A program made the position numbers and the translations under genes. Positions 42,275 through 56,290 of a stretch of 64,000 bases of DNA are shown piece by piece (position 1 is the stretch's first letter; each line of letters opens with the position of its first letter). Origin of the DNA: Paramecium tetraurelia. Taxonomy: Eukaryota. Under the pieces are notes generated by a model. That model worked only from the letters and a program-made list of their open reading frames with translations. It searched no databases and was not told the DNA's origin. The DNA lies in contig CT868669.1 of assembly GCA_000165425.1 (NCBI GenBank), positions 186,001-250,000 on the forward strand, read 5' to 3'.

Positions 42275-43991
42275 TCAATTAGTTTCATTGAAGGATTTTT
42301 TTAGAAAAGATTTCACATTTACATTTTACTTATTATATCCATAGTAATCATCTTTTAACAATCCTTCATTTAGTAATTTATCCATCTTCAAAACATACAA
42401 CGTATTGTTTCGAGGATATTTAAATTGTTAAAGTATTTTACATTAAGGATTTATCGTCATTGTCTGCGTTAAGACTCTATCGAATAAGGAATCAAATTGA
42501 ATTTTGAACTATATTAAAACATTGCCTACTTTATTCATATAATTTACTGCAATTCTGAGATTCTACTTTTCTTTTTAGAATCCTATCTTGTATTTAATTT
42601 TTAAATTGAAATGATCTTGTATTACTACATTACTCTCTTTTCTTGAGAAACAAAGATGATAGATCAATCACCTAATATATTGGCTAAAATATTAGATAAA
42701 TCAAAACAACTGAGACCAATATTAGTAATAAAGAAATTAGTAATGTAATCATTGTTATCTACTGACTTTCTCTATTAAATATTAAATTGAGATCCCTCAT
42801 TTATTCAGCAATGTCATTCTCAATTTGCAAATCATAAAAGAGAATTAGATAATAATTGATATTTCTAAGCTTTTGAATTGTTATGACGACATCCTTCTCA
42901 TAAACTGTATTGTATCGACATAAGATATCCTGAGTTGATAAATGACAAGTAGACTAGATAGTATGTTTATTGTAATAATTGATGAGGCAGTTCCAATCTT
43001 CGGAGTTGAATCCTGTGATTTCTGAGTCTGCAAAGTTTTTGAGTTCTGATGAATTAGATATTTCCTTGTTTTTATAATTGGTTAATAGCAACTGTCCTTT
43101 TTGATCTGCTATCATAATATTGATGGTTTCAATTCGGATCATGCTATTCTAAAATATGATGTCTGAACAAAAGAGACCTTGAACATCCCAATTAGAATTT
43201 AACATAGATTGTGTCATAGTCATTGAATACTTAGGTTCGGATCCAAAATATTTATACACATCACTTAATTGAGTGTTGTTTCGCTTGTCCTTCTTTAAAT
43301 TTTCGAAATGTTGTTGGTACCATAGTCTCTCTTTGGGATGAAAATTTTCTAATCTAAAATCTTGAGGGTAGATGTAACTAAATTCATAAAGGTCTATTGA
43401 AGAAACAAAGTAAAATTAATTAGGGATATAGGGGTCATCAAGGCCCATGATACCAAAAGCATTTGAACCAAAAAAATTGGTATGATTTCTTAATGTTTAT
43501 TCAGTTAAATCTTCTAAAGGCTCAAAATCATTTTAATTAAGTGCAAGATACTAATAACACGGAAGAGAATAGGAATGCTCAGGAGGCAAATGTGCTGATT
43601 CTGGGTCACAAGGACGAGAGATTGGTTTTTTGATCCAAATATTATTTCTCAATTAAAGCCAATATAATTAATTCAGATTAGTCAGAGTAATTTAAGCTAT
43701 TATGATTTATGAAATAATACTTCTTGTAAATAAAGAGTTGAGTTATCTATTTATAGAATCAGCTGAATTCGATAAATGGTTAAACATCTCCTTGAGCATA
43801 ATATCCTTTTCAGAATTGCTCAATATTTACTATACATAATATAAGTTTATTGTCTAAGTCAATATGATTGAAGGAATGATAATTGCCAAAATAATACCAT
43901 TAATAATTAAGATCTGAGTTCTCATTTTAAACTTTCCTAACTTTGAGCGAAAACATCGATTTAAAATAGAGGTCTAGACCGAAAAATTCAT
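42275..43991 (-). CDS. 2-TM protein with extracellular dCache-like sensor domain and no catalytic output domain
   Basis: TM1 ILIINGIILAIIIPSIIL; FHPKERLWY...SDVY...GLFCSDI...IADQKGQLL; TM2 ITLLISLLLILVSVVLIYLIF followed by QPIYQV. Confidence 0.7.
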
Positions 43992-44584
43992 TATTTAAGG
44001 GATTAATAAAAAATAATATAATACATAAAATTGATTTGTATATAATTAGGCATTATATGCGATCCTATTGATAAATCTTGTAAATTAATTGTATTATTTA
44101 AACATTTACTTATTCGGGCAAAATATAAGGTTAAATTTTAAATCGCCTCTCTTTAATAATTCATAAAATTTAAATATACTTTCACACAAGGTTTAGAGTA
44201 ATTATCACTTCAGTGAAAATGAAGGTAAATTAGTTATAATATAAAATTTATTTGTAAAATTCCTTGATTCGATCCATTCTTTTAATTTGATTTATTTTAT
44301 ATAACTTTGCTAATAAATTTTATTAAAATATAAAAATAGTTTGCATATAGAATTAAACATCTTCATACTATCTTTCTTACTTCGAATAAAAATATTACTT
44401 AAAATTTACTTAATTAAAGATATTCAGACAGTTGAAAATTCTGGAATGATGAAACTAAAAATAGCAAAGTTATTTTACTAACCTATTGATTATATGAAGT
44501 GTTATGTAGAAAGTATCGAAGCTTGATTTAAATAATGAATATTTAGAGATTAGTTGATATAATATAATTTTATTAATAATAATA

Positions 44585-45398
44585 ATGAATCAATAATTTT
44601 TTGGCAACTCAAGATTGGCAATCCAAAGAGCTCAATAACTTCATTAATTCTTCACAGAGTCAGTCATATATGACTAATTCAAATACACAGCTAAAATGCC
44701 TCAATATCCAAAGATTGTATTTTTGCAATCAAATCCATTTGTAAGAAATTTAGTTGAGAAGTATTGAATTAAATATACTCTTAGACAATTTATTCAATAT
44801 TCTATTATAGATGCTTAGAAGAAAACAGGAGAAGTAAGTACTTTATTGATGGTTAGGACAGTGTTGCAAGATTGGCTGAATAAGTTCAATTGTAATCCAC
44901 TTAAACTAATGGTGCATTGTTATTTGGATACCCTAATAATGCAAATGAAGCAGAGAAGTACATATATGAATAAATAATTCTTAGACTCGATCGATTATTG
45001 GATGGTGTCAATTTGGCTATCAGATTCAAATTGTCTGAGTCATTGGCATAGAAGATTGCAGGATCGTACTTATCCTGTTAATCCTGTGGCAAAGTGTTCA
45101 ATACAAGTCTACCATTTGTCACTCCAACTCATCCAGGATATCAGAATAATGTATGATAAAGAACAATATAAACTTTAGTGCCAAACTCCAAGCAAATGTG
45201 CTTTAGAATAGAGTTCTGCTCCAGCTGACTAAATCAATTCAGAAGTTGCCAATTATTATTAATAGAAAGTATGATTTGTGAGGAATAGATTAGGGTGCAT
45301 ATCTTGAATATGAGATAAATGAAGAGCATTTGTCGTATGATTCATAGGAGTTCTTTGAAAAATTAGACAATGCAGTAGCAACACATATCAAAGTTTGA
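44585..45398 (+). CDS. Adenylate-kinase-like protein lacking catalytic motifs
   Basis: Five introns of 23-28 nt; GALLFGYPNNANEAEKLD...VNLAIRF...LSCQSCGKVFN resembles the ADK core and lid; no P-loop. Confidence 0.7.
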
Positions 45399-45527
45399 TA
45401 TTTTTAAACAAATAAAGAAATATAAAATTATAATTCCAATAATAAATACTTTATTTTCAGCCTTCGAAATATATCAAAATAGTCAAAAGCTGAAAAAGTA
45501 AATTTAGTTTTAAAATGATTGATAACA

Positions 45528-47648
<2,121 letters not shown>

Positions 47649-47674
47649 AACAGAATTTATATTAAATTAATCAA

Positions 47675-48553
47675 TCATCTAATTTTATGATTATTCAATG
47701 TCTCCAATGCCAATAGCAATGCCTACGTTCCATTACGTGCTCCCCCTTGGGCAACCAAAGCATGATACAACTGTTTCACCAAAGCCAATCCTGGTAAACT
47801 CAAGTTCATCCTATTGGCCTCATTAATTGCTATGCTTAAATCTTTAATATAATGCTCAACATAAAATCCAGGCTCGAAGTCTCCCTTCACCATTCTCAGT
47901 CCCAAAACACTCCAAGCTGTCGAATTAGCTGCTCCACTCTTTATTGTATTAATCAACTATTCCAGACTCAACCCACATTTGTGTCCATACAACAAACCTT
48001 CCACAGTTCCAATCATATTACCAGCCAACACTATCTAATTGACCATCTTAGTATGTTAACCCAATCCAGGACCTCCCATCAATTACACATTCGCACTATA
48101 AACCTTCAATACATCATTTATTCTATCCAAAGCCTTCTATTCTCCTCCACACATCACCACCAGTCGTCCCTCTCTGGCTCCTATGTCTCCTCCACTTACT
48201 GGGGCATCAATTGATTCTATTCCTTTCTCATTCGCAGCCTTGAAGATTCTCTCTGCCAATTCAGGTGATGAAGTAGTGTGATCAACTAAAACTGCACCCT
48301 TTTTCATGTGATTTAATATTCCATGTTCTCCCAAAACTACCTCTTCAACATCCTTTGGATATCCTAACATCAAAAACACAATATCTGAGTTTTCTGCCAA
48401 TTCACGTGGTTGAACAAATTCTGCTCCTGCTTCTATTACAGGTTACGCCTTTGCTACTGTTCTGTTGTATATGCGTAATTTGTGACCAGCCTTCAGAATA
48501 TGCTTGCACATAGATACACCCATTACTCCGGTACCAATCCAACCAATATTCAT
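47675..48553 (-). CDS. Beta-hydroxyacid dehydrogenase (3-hydroxyisobutyrate dehydrogenase-like)
   Basis: IGWIGTGVMG, DHTTSSP, DAPVSGGDIGA, GQHTKMVNQ, FYVEHYIKDL; intronless. Confidence 0.93.
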
Positions 48554-49084
48554 TTTATATAGAATCTATATATATGTGAAGCAACTTATTTAATTATTAT
48601 TTCCATTGTTTAATAATCAATTTCTGAAAAGATTCTGTCTCAGTAACTTTATAATTCTAACATTATTTTTACCTACGTAAGCTACATAAAATTATTGTAA
48701 AGATTGGGTATTTTAATCAATTAATTACACAAACCCCAAAGACTTTTTAATCATAAATTAATATTTTATAAGTTGATATTCTTTAATTAATAAGTTCCCT
48801 TGAAAATATAAATTGAAAGACCTTTATCAATTGATTCTCTATATGGCTCATGTCTTAAATTTGTGGCCAATCATTTATATTCCAAAATACTAATTGGATA
48901 CATACAATCTCTGCCAGCAATCCATAATTTTGCAATTGACCTTTCTCATACATTACAACATCAACAATTACAAATTTACTAATTTGTGGTATTAATATGT
49001 GTTGTTGAAAACTACGTGATTTACTCGTTTTATTATGTATCAACAATAGAGATTCTGGAGAATATAATATAATTATTTTAAAAA

Positions 49085-51625
49085 ATGCTAATTTATAAAA
49101 GTTACCTATATGTGCAATTTTCAATAAAAAACACTTTTTTTCTTGTGGACCTAATCATAAATGAGGAAAGCTAAGTGGTATACACAATTATAAACTCAAT
49201 TTCTTTAACAATTTCAGTTTTATTATTTGGTATGGAGGCATTTAAAAAACAGAATATATACGCCAACAATATAGGAGCAGTACTGTTGTGTGTGCTTAAT
49301 ATGGAGTCCATATACAAGGATATGCCCTAAATAAATACACTGCAATTATGGACATTTATATTGATTCTTGCTACACAATTTGACGATGTATTAAAATGGC
49401 ATAAATTTATGAAACACTCAATCTTATTGTACTTTTTGATCAGAACCTTCTTATAAACCAAGGATTCACTGTGTATTACTGAATTGCTGACTTGCTTTTT
49501 CTGGTAACCTTTGAATCATTTGATGTTGTATTAGAAGAAGGAAGATGGCCTGATTCCAATTCAGAAACAATCTTTGGATATCACCAAAAGCAACCTAGAT
49601 TAGAATCCATAAATAATCAAGGAGTCATCTGATTTGGATTTAGAATACAGCAGCGTTTTGGGGAGTTTGCGTCTCCAACATAATTTGAAAGAATTGAAAC
49701 AAATGGAACTCAAAAATCCCTTTATGTAACACAAGGAGAATGTTCGGAACACCTGCACATTGAAAGAATTGGAACCGTCTCCTTCTAAATTAGAAATACC
49801 CTAGATTTGGGATTTATTGCCTTTTGGAATAGGACTTATGAATAATCTATTTGAAATGGTGATTAATAATTAAAAATTTTTATAGTTTTTAAAAGTGTCA
49901 GATAATGATGGAAAAAACATCATTTTTAATTTAGATTCACTATTAGATTGGTATTATCAATATTTATATCAAGTTCTGAATCATGGGAGAGTAAATCCAT
50001 AAAGTAAGTAGGTTCCAATTATAGTAACCGTTAGGGTAGAAGGTTCCCAAAAGCTCCACAAGTGTCCATAATATCAAAAGGGTTAAATGACTAAAACTCG
50101 ATGATTCCAGATGGAGGCACAAATCCAAACCTCAATAATAACTATGGTTGTAGTTCAAATACTAACAACCACATCAGAGACGAAGTGAAGACAACTAAGA
50201 CTAGATTTAAAAATCTGAATATGTTGTTCTCGAAATTCAACTCAAAGTCTCCCTCTCTTGCAAATAATGTGGATAACTCTGTTTAATCAATTGGCTAAAA
50301 CACACAGATAATTAAGATCGTTTAGGAAGTTGGGGCTCTGAAGTGCTACTTAAGAATTAAGGTGTACGAGGTTGAAATAAATAATAAAATAAACTATCTG
50401 TTTTTGATTGAGAATGTATCAAATAAAGAAGAATTACGGCAGTTGAACATCAGATACAAGTATCAATAGGCACTTTTGAATTCATTGTGTCATGAACTAA
50501 GGACGCCAATGAACAGTACATTGTCACAATTAAATGTGCTATCTACATTGATTGCACCTGAGATCAGAGTTAAAAATTTACAGCCAGCAATAATTTCAGC
50601 CAAAAAACTCATGTTTTAATTGAATGATATACTGGATTATGCTTAAATAGATTGCAAAAACTTCAATTTGAGTATTACTCAATTTGATACAAATGAGATC
50701 TTTGAAATTTTGAAAGAGTTGTTTGATCAAGAATGTCAAGAAAAATAGTTAGCTTTCAAATTAATTACTAATGCTAATTACACGGTTTGTAGTGACAAGG
50801 AGAGAATACTTAGAATCCTAATCAATTTGATAGATAATTCAATCAAATTTACCAATTAGCATGGTTCCATAAGTGTGGCAGTTTTATAACAACAATCATA
50901 AATTATTTTTTCAGTAGAGGATAATGGTGTTGGAATGGGGGAGAAGACTTTAAGTCAGATCAGAAGAAACTGTGATTTAAAATAATATGACTCTTTCCTG
51001 GTTTAATAAACTAAATTAGGTCTAGGATTGAAGATCTCTTAACAAATAGCCAAATATCTATGTGTGGATAATGAATTGGTTATAAATAGCACTGAGAATG
51101 TGCATACTAAAATATCATTCAAAGTAGAAAATCATCAAAAATAAGTAAGCTAGTAAATGTTTCCATCTTTCTAAGGGTTCAACTTTACAATAAGTTGCAA
51201 TTGCATACAAATATTAATTGTGGATGATGTAAGATTCAACCACAATGCCATTGAAGCACTATTATCGTAACACAAGATGAAGATGGATAGTGCCTATAAT
51301 GGTTAATAAGCAATCGAAATAGTTAAATAGAAGTTGATATCGCCATGTTGCAAGACTTACAAGTTGATTTTCATGGATATAGAAATGCCGGTGAAGAATG
51401 GCTTTTAGGCGTCGAAGGATGTAATCTAATATATATCATACTCAATAGATCAATGAGATTCTGAAATAGGAGAATTTGAATGATTAATGTGCAATTGTGA
51501 TGTGTTCTGCCTACAATGGAAATGAAAACAACGACATTATGAGGAATTGCGGCATCAAAGAAGTATTGCCTAAGCCAATTGAGCAAAAATAATTTAAACA
51601 ATTACTTGATAAATATTTATTATGA
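49085..51625 (+). CDS. Membrane hybrid histidine kinase, HK2
   Basis: CHELRTPMN, INLIDNSIKFT, DNGVG, LGLGL; receiver ILIVDD...IFMDIEMP...LPKP. Confidence 0.9.
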
Positions 51626-51641
51626 TTATATTTATTAATAA

Positions 51642-54207
51642 ATGGAAATACTTTTAAAATTATTGATACTCTAATTAATAATTAAGGACTTCATTGATAT
51701 AGCATTTATTTGGCAAGATAGCAATTTGATAACCATTTGCCTGAATGTTATATCACTCAGTATCGGGATGATACTTTTCATCTTGAATTATTGGAAAATT
51801 TCAATGATTTATGTAAAAGTTGTCCTCTTGGGACTATGTTTAATAAATTCTGAACTTCCGTTTTAACAAAATATAAACTTGGCCAACGCTTCCTATTTTG
51901 CATACACCACCCTTATCCTAATTAACATATACTCTCACAACCTATCGACCAGACTAATAGTCCATTTTTAACTATTATACATAACCATCAGGGCTACATT
52001 TACACAACAAAACTATGATTTACATTCTCTGCTCATCATCATCTTCTTATAACCAATTAATCATTATATGATAAATTAAATAGCTTAGGAGAAATGTTCA
52101 CAATTCACTTAAACCTCCGTTTAACAAGAGTCCAAATTTAAATAAACCTAATTTGAATAAGATTAATTATTATCAAGTGAAAGTAGAAGGGACTATCTCA
52201 AGTGTGATTTAAATGAAAGTATCATCCTCAAAGCCCTAGACGTAGGGATAGAATCTCCTCAATAAGAACATAAAAATATTGGAGTTAACAAAAATTTTAT
52301 GGATTAAAGAATCATAGTGAAAAAATAACCAAATAATTTATCCACACCTGTTTTATCAGATTCCAATTGTAATTTAGAACCATTAAAACTTGAGAAAAAT
52401 CCCAGCACAAAGTATTCAGAAATAGTCTCAATTATGAATAACTTACCTTTTGGTATATTGTTTGTAGATTCATCCTTAAAAGTTTTAGACTCAAACCAAA
52501 GAGTAACTCAATTGTTAGGGTTATCAAACTCAGATGACATTATTCAATTCCTAGATTAAGCAATACAAAGGTAATATTAACATATTATAAAAGTGGGGAC
52601 TTCTGCGAGTTTCGATCCTCAAAAAAAGTTAGAAAACCCCAAAAATCACCCAGTAAACTGACATTTCTTAAATAGCCTTCAATTAGTCCATAAAAAAAAT
52701 ACATTGATGAACACATCCCTGATGTTTTTTCATAATACAACAACAATGCATCCCAATTTAAAGGAGATAGTGATGGCAATATTGGAAAAAATCTCAAATC
52801 CATTTTTTAGAATTTTAAAAAAATCCATCAAAGTCAATTAACCTCCATGTCTCGAGATAACTTCCAATACATAATCAGAATGGATAATATGAATACATCT
52901 AGTGCTAAAGCCAAATATAAGAGTTTGAAGCTCAAAATATTTTAATTGGAAGGTTTTGTCTAATGGGAGTCAGTGGTTTATTTATTCATTTTGGAGAACA
53001 TCACCAAGCGAGAAGAATATAAATTGCTTAATCACAAATACAAGTTCCAACAGGCCTTGCTAAACTCCCTATGTCACGAATTAAGAACCCCTATCAATGG
53101 AACAGTATCTTAATTGTATGCCTTGAAGGATGAATTGTCTTAAAGTTTGATTGAATCTCATTTGGATCCAGCTATTGTATCGACTAAGAGATTGCAATTC
53201 CAACTCAATGATATCTTAGATTATGCTTAAATTTAATGTTCCTCCTTGATCTTAAACAAATCCTGTTTCAAGTTGTAGGAAGTCTATCAACAACTCTTTG
53301 AGCTCTTCAATTTCGAATGCGTCTAAAAAAACATCAATCTCATCATTGAAAATGTGAATCAGATCTCAATCTATACAGATAAAGAAAGACTGATAAGAAT
53401 TTTCATTAATTTATTAGATAACTCAGTCAAATTTACAAATCGAGGAGGCACTATCAAAATGATTACTCAGACAAATCCTCTTTACTATAAACTATCAATA
53501 GAGGATGATGGATAGGGTATATCAGAAGAAATCATCTAAAGAATTGAGGAGTAGGCAGAATTGTTGTTTCAAGATTCACTTCAATATAATTCTAATAAAC
53601 TTGGGTTGGGTTTAAGAATTTCATAGTAGTTAGCCAAATATCTATACAAAGATCAGATTTTTGAGATTGATTCTGTGTATGAAAAGTACACAAAAGTGAG
53701 TTTTAGACTATCAAATCAAATATAGAATTACTCGAATGAATTTGAAATAGACAAACGACAATTTGCTTAGCTTTCACAATGTGATTGTAGCAAAATCTTG
53801 ATAGTTGATGATATAGGTTGCAACCATTTTGCCTTATAAGTCTTACTAAAAAAGTTCAAGTTGAAGACCGACAGTGCCTATAATGGGAATTCAGCAATCG
53901 ACTTAGTCAAAGAGAGATTGTCGTAGAAATGTTGCAAGACGTATCGATTAATTTTTATGGACATAGAAATGCCCGGGAAAAATCTGGGTTTCAGAAGCTT
54001 CTTAAGAGGTAAGAAGTTTTTAATATCTAGATAACTTAATTATTGAAAGCGCAGAATTTGAATGAAATTTGCATAATAACAATGTATTCAGCTTACTCTG
54101 GAGATGAAGATGTACTGATAGCAAGTTAATGTGGAATGAAAGAACGTATTTCTAAACCAACTGACATACAAAAGTTAGAATATCTTGTTAATAAGTACCT
54201 ACTTTGA
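51642..54207 (+). CDS. Membrane hybrid histidine kinase, HK3 (tandem paralogue of HK2; apparent frameshift in receiver)
   Basis: [44 protein letters not shown]; frame break at about 53984-53996. Confidence 0.85.
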
Positions 54208-54259
54208 ATATTATATATATATACATATATGTAGTCTCTTAATAATTTATTTTATAGCA

Positions 54260-55755
54260 ATGCAAAATGAGACTAATAAAAGAGTGGCTTATTTTTATCA
54301 TCCCCAAATAGGGAGATATCATTATGGTAAAGAGCATCCAATGAAGCCGAAAAGAATTGCAATGGCGCATAATTTAATTGTGAATTATGGGTAATGTATT
54401 ATAAATAAGTGTTAGATTATACCGAAACCTGGATGTGTATATGAATAGGCAGGCTTCATTGAAAGAGATGGAGAAATTTCATGAACCAGAATACTTGCAA
54501 TATTTGAGTCAATTCACAAGTGTTAGAAGCCAAATTGTGAATGAGTATCAACACTATAATCAACAGCCAAATATCACTCACTTTACAAGTCACATCTACA
54601 ACGAGTTTGATTTATTAGATTATAATACACCTCACACTCATGAACCCATTGAAACAAATAATAATTATCCATAACCAAATAGTTTTAGAGTAGGAGATTC
54701 CACTGATAACCCCAGCTTTCCAGGTCTATATGATTTTTGCCAATTGTCTGCAGGAGGATCAATTGATGCTGCTCATGTGTTGATTTCATAGGATGCAGAA
54801 ATAGCCATTAATTATTCAGGAGGTTTGCATCATGCCAAGAAAAGAGAGGCCAGTGGGTTCTGTTATGTGAATGACATTGTTATAGCCATATTGGAATTGT
54901 TGAGAGTCCATCAGAGAGTTTTGTATGTTGATATTGATGTTCATCATGGAGATGGAGTTGAAGAAGCATTTCTTCTCACAAATAGAGTGATGACTTGTTC
55001 ATTCCATCAATATGGAGATGATTTCTTTCCAGGCTCAGGAGATATTGATAGTTATGGAGAAGGATTAGGTCGATATCATGCTCTCAATATCCCTTTGAAA
55101 ATTGGTATGAATGATGAGACCTTCACAGAAATATTCCAGAAAATCATCACCTAAGTTATGGATATCTATAGACCAGAGGCTGTAGTCCTGTAATGTGGAG
55201 CTGATTCACTATGTCATGATAGATTGGGAGGATATAATTTATCAACCAAAGGACATGGTGCTTGTGTTGAATTCATGATTAAATACAATGTTCCCATCTT
55301 GGTATTAGGAGGAGGAGGATATACAATTTAAAATGTAGCTAGATGTTGGGCATATGAAACTGGATTATGTTTAAACAAAAAAATTGATGCTCCTATTCCC
55401 ACTTCTGAAATCTATTATGAATATTATGCTCCAGACTACAAATTACATTTCCCAATCAAACAAAATGTAGAAAACAAGAACAAAAAGGAAGAACTCCAAA
55501 GAATCGTAGAGAAAATATATGGGTATCTCAAATCTATTGAACCTGCTCCAGGCATTTGCTTCCATGATTTGCCTTAATCTTTTTATCCAGAATTGAATGT
55601 AGAAGAAGGTATTTGATATTTTTAACATGCTAGAAATCAATCCGGATCAGCGTTATGAATAAACATTAAACTAATTCGAGGGTTCTCACTATGAAGAAGG
55701 AAATGAAATTTTAGTAGATCCATCCAATGGATTCTCTATTCACAGAAGGGAATGA
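54260..55755 (+). CDS. Class I histone deacetylase (Rpd3/HDAC3-like)
   Basis: [56 protein letters not shown]. Confidence 0.95.
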
Positions 55756-55791
55756 TCAACTATATATATTTTTTAATCAATTTTTGATAAC

Positions 55792-56255
55792 TCATTCTTT
55801 CATCAATAGATTAACTAAAGAGTCAATCGCAACCTAATTCTCCTTCCCCTTTTACACTATTTAATATTAACTAGAAGTCCTTCTCAACCTATTCGTCTCC
55901 TATCTATTACACAATTCCCATCAATTCTTTCGTATCAATAAACCCTGTGTTGTTTTCATCAAATACCTTCACACTTGCTTCAATCTCCTGTTTTACAGGT
56001 CTCTTGTCCTTCAGCTGTATCAACAGCTTGAATAAATCATCCTTGCTTATCTTTTCCTTCACTTATAGATCCTTTATCTCTTTATCAGATATTAGCAAAC
56101 CTGCTGCTCTCAATATGAATGGCAAATCTAATTATCTACTCTAATTTACCCTTAGAACTAATGAATCCTTTCATCTCTTTGTCATGATACAGAAATAATA
56201 ATTCAAACCTTTGTACTTTTTCGGCAGAATATATTTGTTTTAATTAAGTATTCAT
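55792..56255 (-). CDS. Calmodulin/myosin-light-chain-like EF-hand protein (3' end uncertain, 55792 or 55823)
   Basis: HDKEMKGFISSKDLPFILRAAG...VKVFDENNTGFIDTKELMGIVQQIGD. Confidence 0.75.
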
Positions 56256-56290
56256 AATAATTAGTCACCTATCATTTAACTTAGCTGATC

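Noticed and set aside
47675..48553. Recent bacterial HGT or contamination for the intronless dehydrogenase
   Set aside because: It uses TAA/TAG as Gln and is embedded among host genes; similar enzymes occur in other eukaryotes. Ancient HGT cannot be judged without a phylogeny.
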